A stretch of DNA of 64,000 bases from Nannocystis bainbridge (GTDB lineage Bacteria; Myxococcota_A; Polyangia; Nannocystales; Nannocystaceae), in the NCBI RefSeq assembly GCF_028368995.1, contig NZ_JAQNDL010000005.1, forward strand, positions 288,001 to 352,000. Reading direction: 5' to 3'. The position numbers and the translations under genes are program-made. How positions within the stretch are numbered: position 1 is the first letter of the stretch; the number at the start of each line of letters is the position of its first letter. The notes under the pieces were generated by a model, which searched no databases, was not told where the DNA came from, and saw only the letters and a program-made list of their open reading frames with translations. Of the stretch, positions 18,890 to 28,213 are shown in pieces.

Positions 18890-20722
18890 TCACCCGAGCG
18901 CGCGCTCGAGGTTGAACGCCGCGCTGATCAGCGACAGGTGCGTGAACGCCTGCGGGAAGTTGCCGAGCGCCTCGCCGTGCTCGCCGGTCTCCTCCGAATA
19001 CAGCCCCAGGTGGTTGCCGTAGCCGATCATGCGCTCGAACAGCAGGCGCGCCTCGTCGAGCAGCTTCGGGTGGGCGCGGCCGGCCCGGGTCAGCGCCTCG
19101 ACCAGCCAGAACGAGCACATGTTGAACGTGCCCTCCTTGCCGGGCAGGCCGTCGGGCAGCTGGTCCGGGTGGTAGCGGTAGACCAGGCCGTCGGACACCA
19201 GCCCGCCCTGGTTCGGCGGGCGCTGGATCGCCTCGAGCGTCTTCAGCATGCGCGGGTCGTCGGGCCCGAGGAAGAACACCAGCGGCATCAGCAGCGCCGA
19301 CGCGTCGAGCGAGCGCTCGTCGTACGCGGCCACGAACGACTGCTCCTCGTCGCTCCAGCCGCGGGTGAAGATCGCCTCGTAGATGTCGTCGCGGGCGCGG
19401 AGCCAGCGCTCGCGCGGGGCCGGGAACGAGCGCTTGTCGGCCAGGCGCAGCGCCCGGTCGAGCGCGACCCAGCACATCACCTTGGAGTTGAGGTTGTGGC
19501 GCATGCCGCTGCGCGGCTCCCAGATCCCGTGGTCGGGCCGGTGCCAGCTCTCGCCGACAAAGTCGACGATCCGGCGCAGGTGCATCCACGCGTCGTAGGA
19601 GATCGGGCGGCTGTGCTTGTTCGAGAGGTAGACCGCGTCGAGCAGCTCGCCGTAGATGTCGAGCTGGAACTGGCTGTGCGCCGCGTTGCCGACCCGCACC
19701 GGCTTGGCGCCGCGATAGCCGGCCAGGTGCGGCAGCTCGTACTCCTCGATGCAGGTGTCGCCCTCGACCGTGTAGAGCAGCCGCAGCGGCGACCCGTCCT
19801 CGCCGGGCGGCTCGTGGTAGCGGCGGTCGAGCCAGCCCATGAACGCGTCGGCCTCCTGCGTGAAGCCGATGCGCAAGAACCCGTACAGCGTGAACGCGGC
19901 GTCGCGCATCCACGTGTAGCGGTAGTCCCAGTTGCGCACGCCGCCGGGCGTCTCGGGCAGGCCGAGGGTCGGCGCCGCGACGATCGCCCCGGTCGGCTCG
20001 TAGGTCAGCAGCTTGAGCGTCAGCGCCGAGCGGTGCACCGTCTCGCGCCAGCGCCCGCGGTACGAGCAGCGCGACAGCCAGCGCCGCCAGTAGTCGACGG
20101 TCCAGCGGAACAGGGTCTCCGACTCGTCGGGATCGGGCCCACGCGGGCAGTGGCTGTTGCCGCCGCCGCGGAACACGAACACCGCGTGCTCGCCCTGGCG
20201 CAGGACGAAGCGGGCGTGCACGCCGCCCCGCTCGCCGCGCGTCAGCGGCACGCTCGACGACAGCGACATCGTCACGTCGGGCGCTTGGAACACCGCCCCG
20301 AACTCGGTGAGCTCGACCTCGTGCGACGCGCGCGCGTAGTCGAAGGCCGGGCGGCAGTCGGCGCGCAGGCTCACCTCGCCGCGGACCGCCCGCACGCGGC
20401 GCACGATCTGGTGGTGCCAGCCGTGATCGAGCTCGTCCCCGACCGGCATGAAGTCCTCGATCTCCACCACCCCGCCCTCGCAGAAGAACCGCGTGACGAG
20501 GATGTTGGTGTCGGGCCAGTAGAACTGCTTGCTCGGGGCCGCCTGGTCCTCAGCGCTGATGCGGAACTCGCCGCCCTTCTCGTCGTCGAGCAGCGACGCG
20601 AACACGCTGGGCGAGTCGAACCGCGGGTGACAGAACCAGTCGATCGCGCCGTTGGTGCCGACCAGCGCGATGGTCCGCATGTTGCCGATGATGCCGTGAT
20701 CGTGGATGGGCAGATATGCCAT
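18890..20722 (-). CDS. Glycoside hydrolase family 15 (trehalase/glucoamylase-like)
   Basis: [42 protein letters not shown]. Confidence 0.93.
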   Translation of the reverse strand: MAYLPIHDHGIIGNMRTIALVGTNGAIDWFCHPRFDSPSVFASLLDDEKGGEFRISAEDQAAPSKQFYWPDTNILVTRFFCEGGVVEIEDFMPVGDELDHGWHHQIVRRVRAVRGEVSLRADCRPAFDYARASHEVELTEFGAVFQAPDVTMSLSSSVPLTRGERGGVHARFVLRQGEHAVFVFRGGGNSHCPRGPDPDESETLFRWTVDYWRRWLSRCSYRGRWRETVHRSALTLKLLTYEPTGAIVAAPTLGLPETPGGVRNWDYRYTWMRDAAFTLYGFLRIGFTQEADAFMGWLDRRYHEPPGEDGSPLRLLYTVEGDTCIEEYELPHLAGYRGAKPVRVGNAAHSQFQLDIYGELLDAVYLSNKHSRPISYDAWMHLRRIVDFVGESWHRPDHGIWEPRSGMRHNLNSKVMCWVALDRALRLADKRSFPAPRERWLRARDDIYEAIFTRGWSDEEQSFVAAYDERSLDASALLMPLVFFLGPDDPRMLKTLEAIQRPPNQGGLVSDGLVYRYHPDQLPDGLPGKEGTFNMCSFWLVEALTRAGRAHPKLLDEARLLFERMIGYGNHLGLYSEETGEHGEALGNFPQAFTHLSLISAAFNLERALG

Positions 20723-20729
20723 CGCCTCA

Positions 20730-21494
20730 CTACTCCTCGTGGAACCACGTCATCCCGCCGTCGACGAAGTACGTCGAGCCGGTCACGTAGGCCGCGTCCT
20801 CCGACGCCAGAAACGCCGCGATCCCGGCGACGTCGGCCGGTTGGCCGATGCGCTTCAACGGGATCCGCGTCAGCAGCTCCTCGCGCTTGCGCCGGTCGTC
20901 GACCACGTCGCGGTTGATGTCGGTGCGGATGGCGCCCGGGGCGATCGCGTTGACGGTGATCCCGCGCGGGCCGAGCTCGGCCGCGAGGTCGCGCGTCAGC
21001 ATGCGGACCCCGCCCTTGGCCGCGCAGTAGGCGGCGTGGCCGGGGAACGCCAGCTCCTCGTGGACCGAGCTGACGTTGATGACCTTGCCCGCCCGCTCGC
21101 CGGCGAGCCACCGCCGCACCACCGCCTGCGTGGTGAAGAAGGTGCCCTTGAGGTTGGTGTCGATCACCTTGTCGTAGTCGGCCTCGGTCACCTCGACGAA
21201 CGGCGCCCGCACCTCGACGCCGGCGTTGTTGACGAGGATGTCGATCGATCCCAGCGCCTGCCACGCATCGGCGACCAGCGTCTCGCACTCGCCGGTGCGC
21301 CCGACGTCGGCCTGCACCACCACCGCGCGCCGCCCCTCGCCGCGGACCAGGCGCGCGACCTCCTCGGCCGCCTCGCGGCTGCCGTTGTAGTTGACCGCGA
21401 CGTCGGCGCCCTCGCGCGCGAAGCGGAGGGCGATCTCGCGGCCGATGCCGCGGCTGGAGCCCGTGATCAGGGCCGTCTTCCCATTCAGGCGCAT
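20730..21494 (-). CDS. SDR oxidoreductase, glucose 1-dehydrogenase-like
   Basis: [40 protein letters not shown] upstream of ATG 21494. Confidence 0.88.
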   Translation of the reverse strand: MRLNGKTALITGSSRGIGREIALRFAREGADVAVNYNGSREAAEEVARLVRGEGRRAVVVQADVGRTGECETLVADAWQALGSIDILVNNAGVEVRAPFVEVTEADYDKVIDTNLKGTFFTTQAVVRRWLAGERAGKVINVSSVHEELAFPGHAAYCAAKGGVRMLTRDLAAELGPRGITVNAIAPGAIRTDINRDVVDDRRKREELLTRIPLKRIGQPADVAGIAAFLASEDAAYVTGSTYFVDGGMTWFHEE

Positions 21495-21654
21495 GCGTCC
21501 TCCCATGCCCACGTCACGAGGCCATCCGTCGCAGCTCGCCGGCGGCGAGCGACGGGCGGTGCTTGCTCGCGCGTGCGCATCTCTCGAGGTGTGACGCACG
21601 CCGGCCCCACGAGCACGGCCTCGCGGCCGCATCGGTCGCCGCCGCGGGCCTCCA

Positions 21655-22005
21655 CGCCGGCTCAGGCGGCCACGCGCGGCCGAACTTCGCGGCCCGCGGT
21701 GTTGACGCGACCGCACGCGCCCCTCGGCGCCCGCGGCTCGCGGAGTTGACGCGGCCGCCCCCACTGGCTCAGGCGACCTCGCGCGACCGATCCACGCGGT
21801 GTCGACGCGAGCCCACGCGACCCGCGGCTCGCGGAGTGGCCGCCCACGCGGGCTCAGGCGGCCATGCGCGGCCGCGATGTCGAAACAACCGCTCGAGACC
21901 GCGGCTCCCGGAGTGGCCGCCACGCGGGCTCAGGCGGCCACGCGCGGCCGCGGTGTCGACGCGAGCGCACCCGGCCCGCGGCTCGTGGTTGACGCGGCCG
22001 CCCCG
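21655..22005. repeat. Four degenerate tandem GC-rich repeats (about 75-105 bp), REP/BIME-like
   Basis: GGCTCAGGCG at 21659, 21766, 21851, 21927, each followed by CGCG(G/A)TGTYGA and CCGCGGCTC blocks. Confidence 0.8.
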
Positions 22006-22023
22006 GTGCGCTTGGCTCACCGC

Positions 22024-22503
22024 GTGGTGATCGTCGTCATGGGCGTCTCCGGGGCCGGCAAGACCACCATCGGCCTGCGCCTCGCCGCCGCTCTCGGCGC
22101 GCGCTTCGTCGACGCCGACGATTTTCACCCGCCGGAGAGCCGGGCCAAGATGGCCGCCGGCGTCCCGCTCGACGACGCCGACCGCGCCCCGTGGCTGCAC
22201 ACGCTGTCGGCCGAGATCGACGGCTGGCTGCATCACGAAGGCGCCGTCGTGCTCGCCTGCTCCGCCCTGCGCGCCGTCCACCGCGCCGCGCTGCGCCGCG
22301 ACCCGTCCCACGTCGTGTTCGTGTACCTGCAGATCACCCCCGCCGTCGCCCGCGCCCGCCTGCTCGCCCGCCGCGACCACTACTTCAAGGCCGACCTGCT
22401 CGAGAGCCAGCTCGCGACCCTCGAGGAGCCCGACGACGCCGTCACCGTCGACGCCGACCAACCCGTCGAGGCGATCGTGGCCGACATCGTCGCCGGCCTG
22501 TGA
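22024..22503 (+). CDS. gntK: Gluconokinase (GntK/IdnK type)
   Basis: VMGVSGAGKTT, DADDFHP, KMAAGVPLDDADRAPWL, ACSAL, LLESQLATLEEP. GTG start approximate. Confidence 0.9.
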   Translation: MVIVVMGVSGAGKTTIGLRLAAALGARFVDADDFHPPESRAKMAAGVPLDDADRAPWLHTLSAEIDGWLHHEGAVVLACSALRAVHRAALRRDPSHVVFVYLQITPAVARARLLARRDHYFKADLLESQLATLEEPDDAVTVDADQPVEAIVADIVAGL

Positions 22504-22536
22504 CAGGCTCAGAAGCGGCCATCGTCGCGCGGCGCA

Positions 22537-22602
22537 CCGCATGTCCTCGCGAACATGTCCTCCTGGACATGGACATCGGGACCTGCTCGCTCGAACATGT
22601 CC
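22537..22602. repeat. 14-bp-phased palindrome array (5 cores)
   Basis: Cores at 22540, 22554, 22568, 22582 (CCTG), 22596, in a convergent gap. Confidence 0.9.
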
Positions 22603-22682
22603 CGAGGTCACCAGCGCCAGCGCTCGAGATCGCGGCTCACGCCCGCCCGCGCGTGCTCCAGGCCGGGCGCTCCCGAGCCGCC

Positions 22683-24218
22683 CTACCCTGACGCGTGGAC
22701 CTGCAGCTCGCCCACGCCCTGGTACGTCCCGTAGAGCGTCGGCGACGTGAAGATCCGGACCGCGTAGGTCCCCTTCGCCAGCGGCCCGCACGACACCGCC
22801 ACGTCGCGCGTCCCGGTGACCTCGCACTCGACCGCCGCCGCGCTGTCCTCCGGGACAGCCTTGACGATCAGGTTGCGGCCGCGCGGGTTGTCGAGGCTCA
22901 GCGTGAACTCGCGCTGCACCGTCACCTGCGAGCGGCGGGGCTCGACCAGCTGCAGGCCGTCGGCGAAGAACTTGGGCCGCATCATCGGCTGGCGGGCGAA
23001 CTCGCCGCGGGACAGCGGCTGCTCGCGCAGCTGCCAGGCCGGCTCCTCCGGGAAATGCGTCACCCCGATCAGCGCCGGCGGCACGAACAAATAGTCGGAG
23101 CGGTACTCGCGGACGAACGCGCCGTCCTTGAGGTGACCCGAGTCCCACGTGGCGTCGATGAGGTACCAGCGGCCGTCGATGCGCGCGGCGTTCCACGCGT
23201 GCGACTCGCCCTCGACCTCGCGCGACAGCCCGCGCGCGTCGCCGACGACGACCACCACCTCGTCGCCGGTGACCGCCGCGATCGCCCGCATCAGGTTGGC
23301 GTAGCCGGCACACACGGCCAGGCGCGCGGCGAACACCGCCTCGGCGCGCTGGTCGGGGTAGACGTCGCGGTTCAGGTACGACGCGGCGTCGTAGGCGAGG
23401 TGGGTGGCGACGAAGTCGTGGATAGCCTTGATCCGGCGCGCCGGGTCGGGCTCGCTGGCGGCGAGGTGACGGCCGACGGTGTCGATGCTGGTGCGCGCCG
23501 CGTCGGGCATCGCCAGCACCGCCGGGTGGAGCTCCGCCGGCGACGGCCATGCCGGGCCATTCACCGCGACCACGGGCTCGCTCGCGGGCGCGGGCTCGAC
23601 CTCCGGCGTCGGCGTCGGCTCGGCGCCCGTGGGCACGGGCGTCGGCTGCGGCGGCCGCTGCCACGGGTCACGCCACGCGTCGTCCTCGGCGGGCGCCGGC
23701 TGCGGCGCCGGAGCCTCGGCCGGCCGGGTCTCGATCAGCCCCTCGTACTCGTTGTCGTGGGCCGCCTCGTACAGCCACTGCAGGCCGTCGGCCGCCCGCA
23801 GCAGCCCGGCGCGGGCGCGGCCCGTCAGCGGGTGCTGCACGCCCTCGAGGAACCAATCGCCGCGCGTCGAGATCGCCGTGAACACCGCCTCGGGCCGCGA
23901 CCACAGCAGCGCCGTCAAGAACGCCAGGTTGACCACCAGCGTGCGCAGCACGATCCGGTCCCACGTCGTCAGCACCCGCCGGTCGCGCTGCGAGCCCCGG
24001 CGCAGCAGCCGGGACAACATGTCCCAAGCGACAGGTACGATCGGGAACAGCAGCAGGCCCGCGACGCACACCAGCCACACCGGCCCGTTGCGGTAGGCCG
24101 CCAGCGACGAGGCGACCCACACCCCGAGGGCCGGCGCCACCACCACCACGGCCGCCCAGATCGCGCGAAGAAGCCAGAATAACAACGTTCCGAGCCAGCT
24201 CAGCCGCGCACGCGTCAT
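22683..24218 (-). CDS. Membrane-anchored transglutaminase-like protease (KY/CYK3-like)
   Basis: N-terminal TM segments, Pro-rich linker, Cys-His-Asp triad VCAGYA / HAWNA / DATWD, then HFP...WQL. Confidence 0.85.
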   Translation of the reverse strand: MTRARLSWLGTLLFWLLRAIWAAVVVVAPALGVWVASSLAAYRNGPVWLVCVAGLLLFPIVPVAWDMLSRLLRRGSQRDRRVLTTWDRIVLRTLVVNLAFLTALLWSRPEAVFTAISTRGDWFLEGVQHPLTGRARAGLLRAADGLQWLYEAAHDNEYEGLIETRPAEAPAPQPAPAEDDAWRDPWQRPPQPTPVPTGAEPTPTPEVEPAPASEPVVAVNGPAWPSPAELHPAVLAMPDAARTSIDTVGRHLAASEPDPARRIKAIHDFVATHLAYDAASYLNRDVYPDQRAEAVFAARLAVCAGYANLMRAIAAVTGDEVVVVVGDARGLSREVEGESHAWNAARIDGRWYLIDATWDSGHLKDGAFVREYRSDYLFVPPALIGVTHFPEEPAWQLREQPLSRGEFARQPMMRPKFFADGLQLVEPRRSQVTVQREFTLSLDNPRGRNLIVKAVPEDSAAAVECEVTGTRDVAVSCGPLAKGTYAVRIFTSPTLYGTYQGVGELQVHASG

Positions 24219-24370
24219 CCTGGCCGAGCCTAGCACGGCGCCGGCGGCCGCGCCGTCCCTGGCGCAGCGGAGCGGCCTGCGCCGGTGGGGCGCGCGCGCT
24301 CACGGGAGCGAAGGGACGCGCGACACGACCCTCGCTACATTCGACGATTCAGCGCACCGCGACGCGCAGC

Positions 24371-24862
24371 TCAGCGGGGCTCGATGTGGAACACCAGCTC
24401 GGCGTGGTCCTCGCGGCCGAGGGCGTCGCTGACGGTCAGCGGCAGCACCCAGTCGCCGGGCGTGGTGAACTCGAGGCTCACCATCCACTTGAAGCCGTCG
24501 GGCGTGACCGGCCAGGCCTCGGCCGCCAGCGCCGCCTCCGACTCGTGGCGCGCGCGCCAGCCCGGCGCCAGCGCCAGCGTGAACGGCGGCTGCGGCACGT
24601 CGCCGTTGAACTGCGGGTCGTCGGGCACGGGATCGGGCCCGACCTCGATGTCGGCCGCGAGCGCCGTCGGGCCGACGTAATCCGGCCAGGCGCGACCCTC
24701 GGCGGCGCGCAAGGCGATCGAGAACTGGCCGTTGTCGGTGGCGATCGGCGTGTCGATCTCGACGTACGGACTGGGGTCCTCCTCGGGCGTACACGCGCCG
24801 GCGGTCACGACCGCGGCGACGAGGACGCTGCTGCTGAGTGCGGTTCGAATGCAGGGCACCAT
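24371..24862 (-). CDS. Hypothetical lipoprotein, possible YtkA/FixH-like Ig domain
   Basis: Lipobox TAGAC, C-terminal LEFTTPGDWVL. GGAGG RBS. Confidence 0.65.
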   Translation of the reverse strand: MVPCIRTALSSSVLVAAVVTAGACTPEEDPSPYVEIDTPIATDNGQFSIALRAAEGRAWPDYVGPTALAADIEVGPDPVPDDPQFNGDVPQPPFTLALAPGWRARHESEAALAAEAWPVTPDGFKWMVSLEFTTPGDWVLPLTVSDALGREDHAELVFHIEPR

Positions 24863-24976
24863 GGTGCACCTCCCGAGGAGTCATACGCCGGGGCGACGGC
24901 CGGGCAACCGCAAGTCATGCGTGCCAGCGGCCTCGAGCGGACGCGAAGGCCTCGCGCGCCGCTCGCCCGGGCTGTC

Positions 24977-27097
24977 TCATCGGCCAGGTGATGCCGGCGC
25001 GATGACGACCTCGGCCTTGAGGATGCGGTCGCCGACCACCAGCGCCAGGGCGGCCGGCAGGCCGTCGCGGACCTCGCCGACGTGGGTGTAGCGGCCGTCG
25101 AGGTGCGGGGCGCGGGCGTGCATGATGAAGAATTGACTGCCGCCGGTGTCCTTGCCGGCGTCGGCGATGCCCACGGCGCCGCGCGCGAATGGAGCGGCGC
25201 CTGGCTCCGAGGGCAGGGTGAACCCCGGACCGCCCCAGCCGGTGCCGCCGGGGTCGCCGCCCTGGACGACGTAGCCGGGCACGACGCGATGGAACGTCAG
25301 GCCGTCGTAGAAGCCGCGCTGGGTCAACGCGACGATCGCCGCCACGTGCCACGGCGCGGCCGCGGGCGCGAGCGCCACGTCGACGCGGCCGCGCTCGGTG
25401 TGCAGCCGCCACAGCAGTTCACGGCCGAGCACCGGCGACGGATCGTGCAGCGGCAGCGGGACTTCGCGGCCGGGCCCGTTGACGCCGGGATCTTCGCCGG
25501 CGATCGCCTTCACGCAGGCGCGGGCCGCCGCGCGCACGCTGGCGTTCACGTCGGTGAGCGCGGCGCGACAGACCGGCAGCCCGCGCGCCCCGCCGACCTC
25601 GGCCAGCGCGCCCGCGAGGCCGGCGAACAGCTCGCCGTCGCGTTCGCCCGCGGCCCGCTCGACCAGCGCGTCGACGATCGCCGGCGCCTCCGGCCGCGGC
25701 GCGTCGCCGGCGAAGCGCCCCTGGACCGCCTCGGCCGCGGTGCCCACGACCGCCGGCGAGCTGTCCCGAAGGCCAGCCGCGATCAGGCCGCCGAGTTCGA
25801 GCGCGTCCCACTGCCGACCCGCCGCCGCCAGCGTGGCCGCCCGCACCCGCGGATCGTCGCTGGCCGCCAGCGCCGTCAGTCGGGCCGCCCGCGCCGGCCC
25901 GCCGAAGCCCTGGCCGAGCAGACCTGCCTCGAAGGCCAGCCGCTCGAGGTCCGCCGCCGCCCCGACCGCCTCGGCGCAGCGCAGCGGCGGCCGCCACTCG
26001 CCCGCGCGGGCCGCCAGCGCCGCCAGCCCGCACGCCAGCCGCGCCTGCACCCGCCGCGCCTCCGGCCGCGCCGCCGCCAGCCGGGCCTCGGCGCGCGCGT
26101 GGGCCTCGGCGGCCCCGGGCAGGACGTCCTTGCCGGCTGTCACGATGGACATGGCCTCGAGGACAGGGTGTCCAGAACCTGTCCCATCGAACATGTCCTT
26201 TTGTTCAAGCTCGGCGCGCAGCCAGTCCCACAGCGCCGCGGTCGCGGCCGGCTCGGCCAGCTCGCCGAGACCGCGGACCGCCGCCACCCGCACCCACGGA
26301 TCGGCGTCGCCGAGGCCCGCGCGCAGGGCCGCCAGCGCCTGCGGGGGCCGGTGCCGGGCCAGGCCCTTCAGCGCCAGCGCCCGCACCTCGGGCTCGGCCG
26401 CCGCGGCCGCACGCACCAGCGCCGCCGCGCCCGGGTCGATCGCCGCCTCGCGCACCGGCGCTGCTACCTCTGCGTCGGGCTTCGCCGCGGGCGCGTGGGC
26501 CAGCCCGTAGACCGCCGCGTAGACCCGCCGCGGATCGCCCTCGCCCGCCATCGCCACCAGCCCGGCGCGGGCCGCCTCATCGAGCGGCAGCCCGCGCCGA
26601 CCGAGGATCCCCAGCACGATCGCCGCCGCCTCGCGCACCGCCGGCGCCTCCTCGGGTCGCAGCGCCGCGGCCAGGCGCGCGCTCGCGGCCCCGCTGCCGA
26701 GCCGCCGCATCGCCAGCACGATCGCCAATCGCTCGTCCGCCCCCGCCGCCGGCCACCGCTGCCACACGGCGTCCTCGAACCGCGCCACCTCGGACCCGAG
26801 CGCCCCGGCGACGTCGAGCGCGCGCATGGCCGCCGCCCGCGTGGCCGCGTCGGGGCTCGCCAGCAGCGCGTCGAGCCGCGTCAGCGCGACCGCGTCGCCG
26901 ATCCGCCCGAGCCCCTCGATCGCCGCCGGGTTCGCCTCCGTGGCCAGCCGCGCCAGCTCGGCCGAGCCGCCCTCGCGCCGCGCCTCGAGGCGAGCGAGCG
27001 CGAGGCCCGGATCGTCGCCGCCGTCCGGCGGTCCCGACGGCCGCGCGCACCCGGCCACCAGCGCGATCGACAGCAGGAAGGAGCGCGGAGCCAGCAT
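24977..27097 (-). CDS. HEAT-repeat lipoprotein with C-terminal cyclophilin peptidyl-prolyl isomerase
   Basis: Lipobox VAGC, HEAT repeats (D.WVR.AA), FYDGLTFHRVVPGYVVQGGDP, DTGGSQFFI, HLDGRYT. Confidence 0.9.
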   Translation of the reverse strand: MLAPRSFLLSIALVAGCARPSGPPDGGDDPGLALARLEARREGGSAELARLATEANPAAIEGLGRIGDAVALTRLDALLASPDAATRAAAMRALDVAGALGSEVARFEDAVWQRWPAAGADERLAIVLAMRRLGSGAASARLAAALRPEEAPAVREAAAIVLGILGRRGLPLDEAARAGLVAMAGEGDPRRVYAAVYGLAHAPAAKPDAEVAAPVREAAIDPGAAALVRAAAAAEPEVRALALKGLARHRPPQALAALRAGLGDADPWVRVAAVRGLGELAEPAATAALWDWLRAELEQKDMFDGTGSGHPVLEAMSIVTAGKDVLPGAAEAHARAEARLAAARPEARRVQARLACGLAALAARAGEWRPPLRCAEAVGAAADLERLAFEAGLLGQGFGGPARAARLTALAASDDPRVRAATLAAAGRQWDALELGGLIAAGLRDSSPAVVGTAAEAVQGRFAGDAPRPEAPAIVDALVERAAGERDGELFAGLAGALAEVGGARGLPVCRAALTDVNASVRAAARACVKAIAGEDPGVNGPGREVPLPLHDPSPVLGRELLWRLHTERGRVDVALAPAAAPWHVAAIVALTQRGFYDGLTFHRVVPGYVVQGGDPGGTGWGGPGFTLPSEPGAAPFARGAVGIADAGKDTGGSQFFIMHARAPHLDGRYTHVGEVRDGLPAALALVVGDRILKAEVVIAPASPGR
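26136..26209. repeat. 14-bp-phased palindrome array inside a CDS
   Basis: Cores at 26136, 26150, 26164, 26178, 26192 (weak 26206) within the PPIase gene, with a local run of A/T-ending codons. Confidence 0.8.
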
Positions 27098-27112
27098 GGC
27101 CGAAAGGTCAGG

Positions 27113-27703
27113 TCACAGGCACCGCTGCCCGCAGCTGCCCTGCGCGCAGGTGAACAGGCCCACGATCGCCGGGCTCTGCATCGGGTTGACCATGCACTCC
27201 TGCGCGCACTGCTGCGGGTCGCTGTCGGCGATGCAGGCGAAGAAGCAGGCGCAGTCCTCGTCGGCGGCGCAGGCCACCTGCTCGTCGCAGCAGCCGTCCT
27301 TGAGGCAGGCCAGGCACGGATCGTCGCCCGGGGCCGGCGCGCACACGTCGGGCTCGCCGGTGGTCGTGCTGGTGTCGCCGGTCGAAGTCGAGGTCTCGCC
27401 GGTGGTGGTCGAGGTCGTCGTGCCCGGCTCGGTGGTCGTGATCGGTTCGCCGGTGGATGTCGTCGTGCCGGGGAAGGTCGTGGTCGGCTCCTCCGTCGTC
27501 GCCGTCCCCGTCGCCGTCGCCGTCCCGTCGGTGGTGCCGGTCGTCGTCGTGCTGGTCGTCGTCGTCGTCGCGTCGGTGCCCGTCTCGGTGCCGGTGCTCG
27601 TGGTCGTCTCGGTCGCGGTGCCCGTCGCCTCCTCCTTGCCGTTGCAGGCCGGCGAGGCGACGAGGATCAGGGAGAGGCAGGCGAAGGTCAGATCGTGGCG
27701 CAT
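27113..27703 (-). CDS. Thr-rich lipoprotein with Cys-rich C-terminal domain
   Basis: SPAC lipobox, long Thr tract, C..C....CC......C.....C.C..C pattern typical of myxobacterial lipoproteins. Confidence 0.8.
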   Translation of the reverse strand: MRHDLTFACLSLILVASPACNGKEEATGTATETTTSTGTETGTDATTTTTSTTTTGTTDGTATATGTATTEEPTTTFPGTTTSTGEPITTTEPGTTTSTTTGETSTSTGDTSTTTGEPDVCAPAPGDDPCLACLKDGCCDEQVACAADEDCACFFACIADSDPQQCAQECMVNPMQSPAIVGLFTCAQGSCGQRCL

Positions 27704-27779
27704 GGTCGAACTCCTGGGTAAGGCGAGTGAAGCCGCGATCGTACGGCACGGCTCCGCCGCTCACCAGGCCCGCGTCGAA

Positions 27780-27814
27780 TGACATGTCCTTGAGGACATG
27801 TCCCTCGCGCCAGG
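27780..27814. repeat. 14-bp-phased palindrome array (3 cores)
   Basis: GACATGTCCTTGAGGACATGTCC, cores at 27783, 27797, 27811. Confidence 0.85.
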
Positions 27815-27818
27815 GGCC

Positions 27819-28115
27819 TCAGATCCCCATGCGCGACAGCGCGTCGACCACCGACTCGATCGCGGTCGCGACCTGCGGGTGGTCGACCTCGAATTGCCGG
27901 GCCGAAGCGCGCAGTTGATCGACCGTCTCGACGTCGGCGAGCGTCGCCACCGGCCGCGTCGCCAGCTCGCCGCGGTGATGGGCCTCGAGGCGGTCGGCGA
28001 TCTCGCGCAGCGTCTGCGACAACATCCCGCGCACCTCGGGATCGGCGGTCGACACCGTCTCGAGCTCCTGATGCAAATGTGTAAGGGTCTGGCGCAGTTG
28101 GTCCGAGTGACTCAC
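27819..28115 (-). CDS. DUF4404 family protein
   Basis: LRQTL..LH.EL...FEVDHP......VVDALSRMGI C-terminus. GTG start inferred. Confidence 0.8.
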   Translation of the reverse strand: MSHSDQLRQTLTHLHQELETVSTADPEVRGMLSQTLREIADRLEAHHRGELATRPVATLADVETVDQLRASARQFEVDHPQVATAIESVVDALSRMGI

Positions 28116-28213
28116 ATGGGGGACCATAGAGGATCTTGGCGGGCTGACAAGCGGGCGCAGCCCGGCGGCTCTGGCTTCCAGCGGCGCGGTGACCGGCGTA
28201 CAGTCCCGGCTCG

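Noticed and set aside
21655-22005. Repeat region as a CRISPR array or as an N-terminal extension of the SDR/gluconokinase ORFs
   Set aside because: Units are degenerate along their whole length with no unique spacers. Enzyme homology starts at 21494 (with an RBS) and at about 22024.
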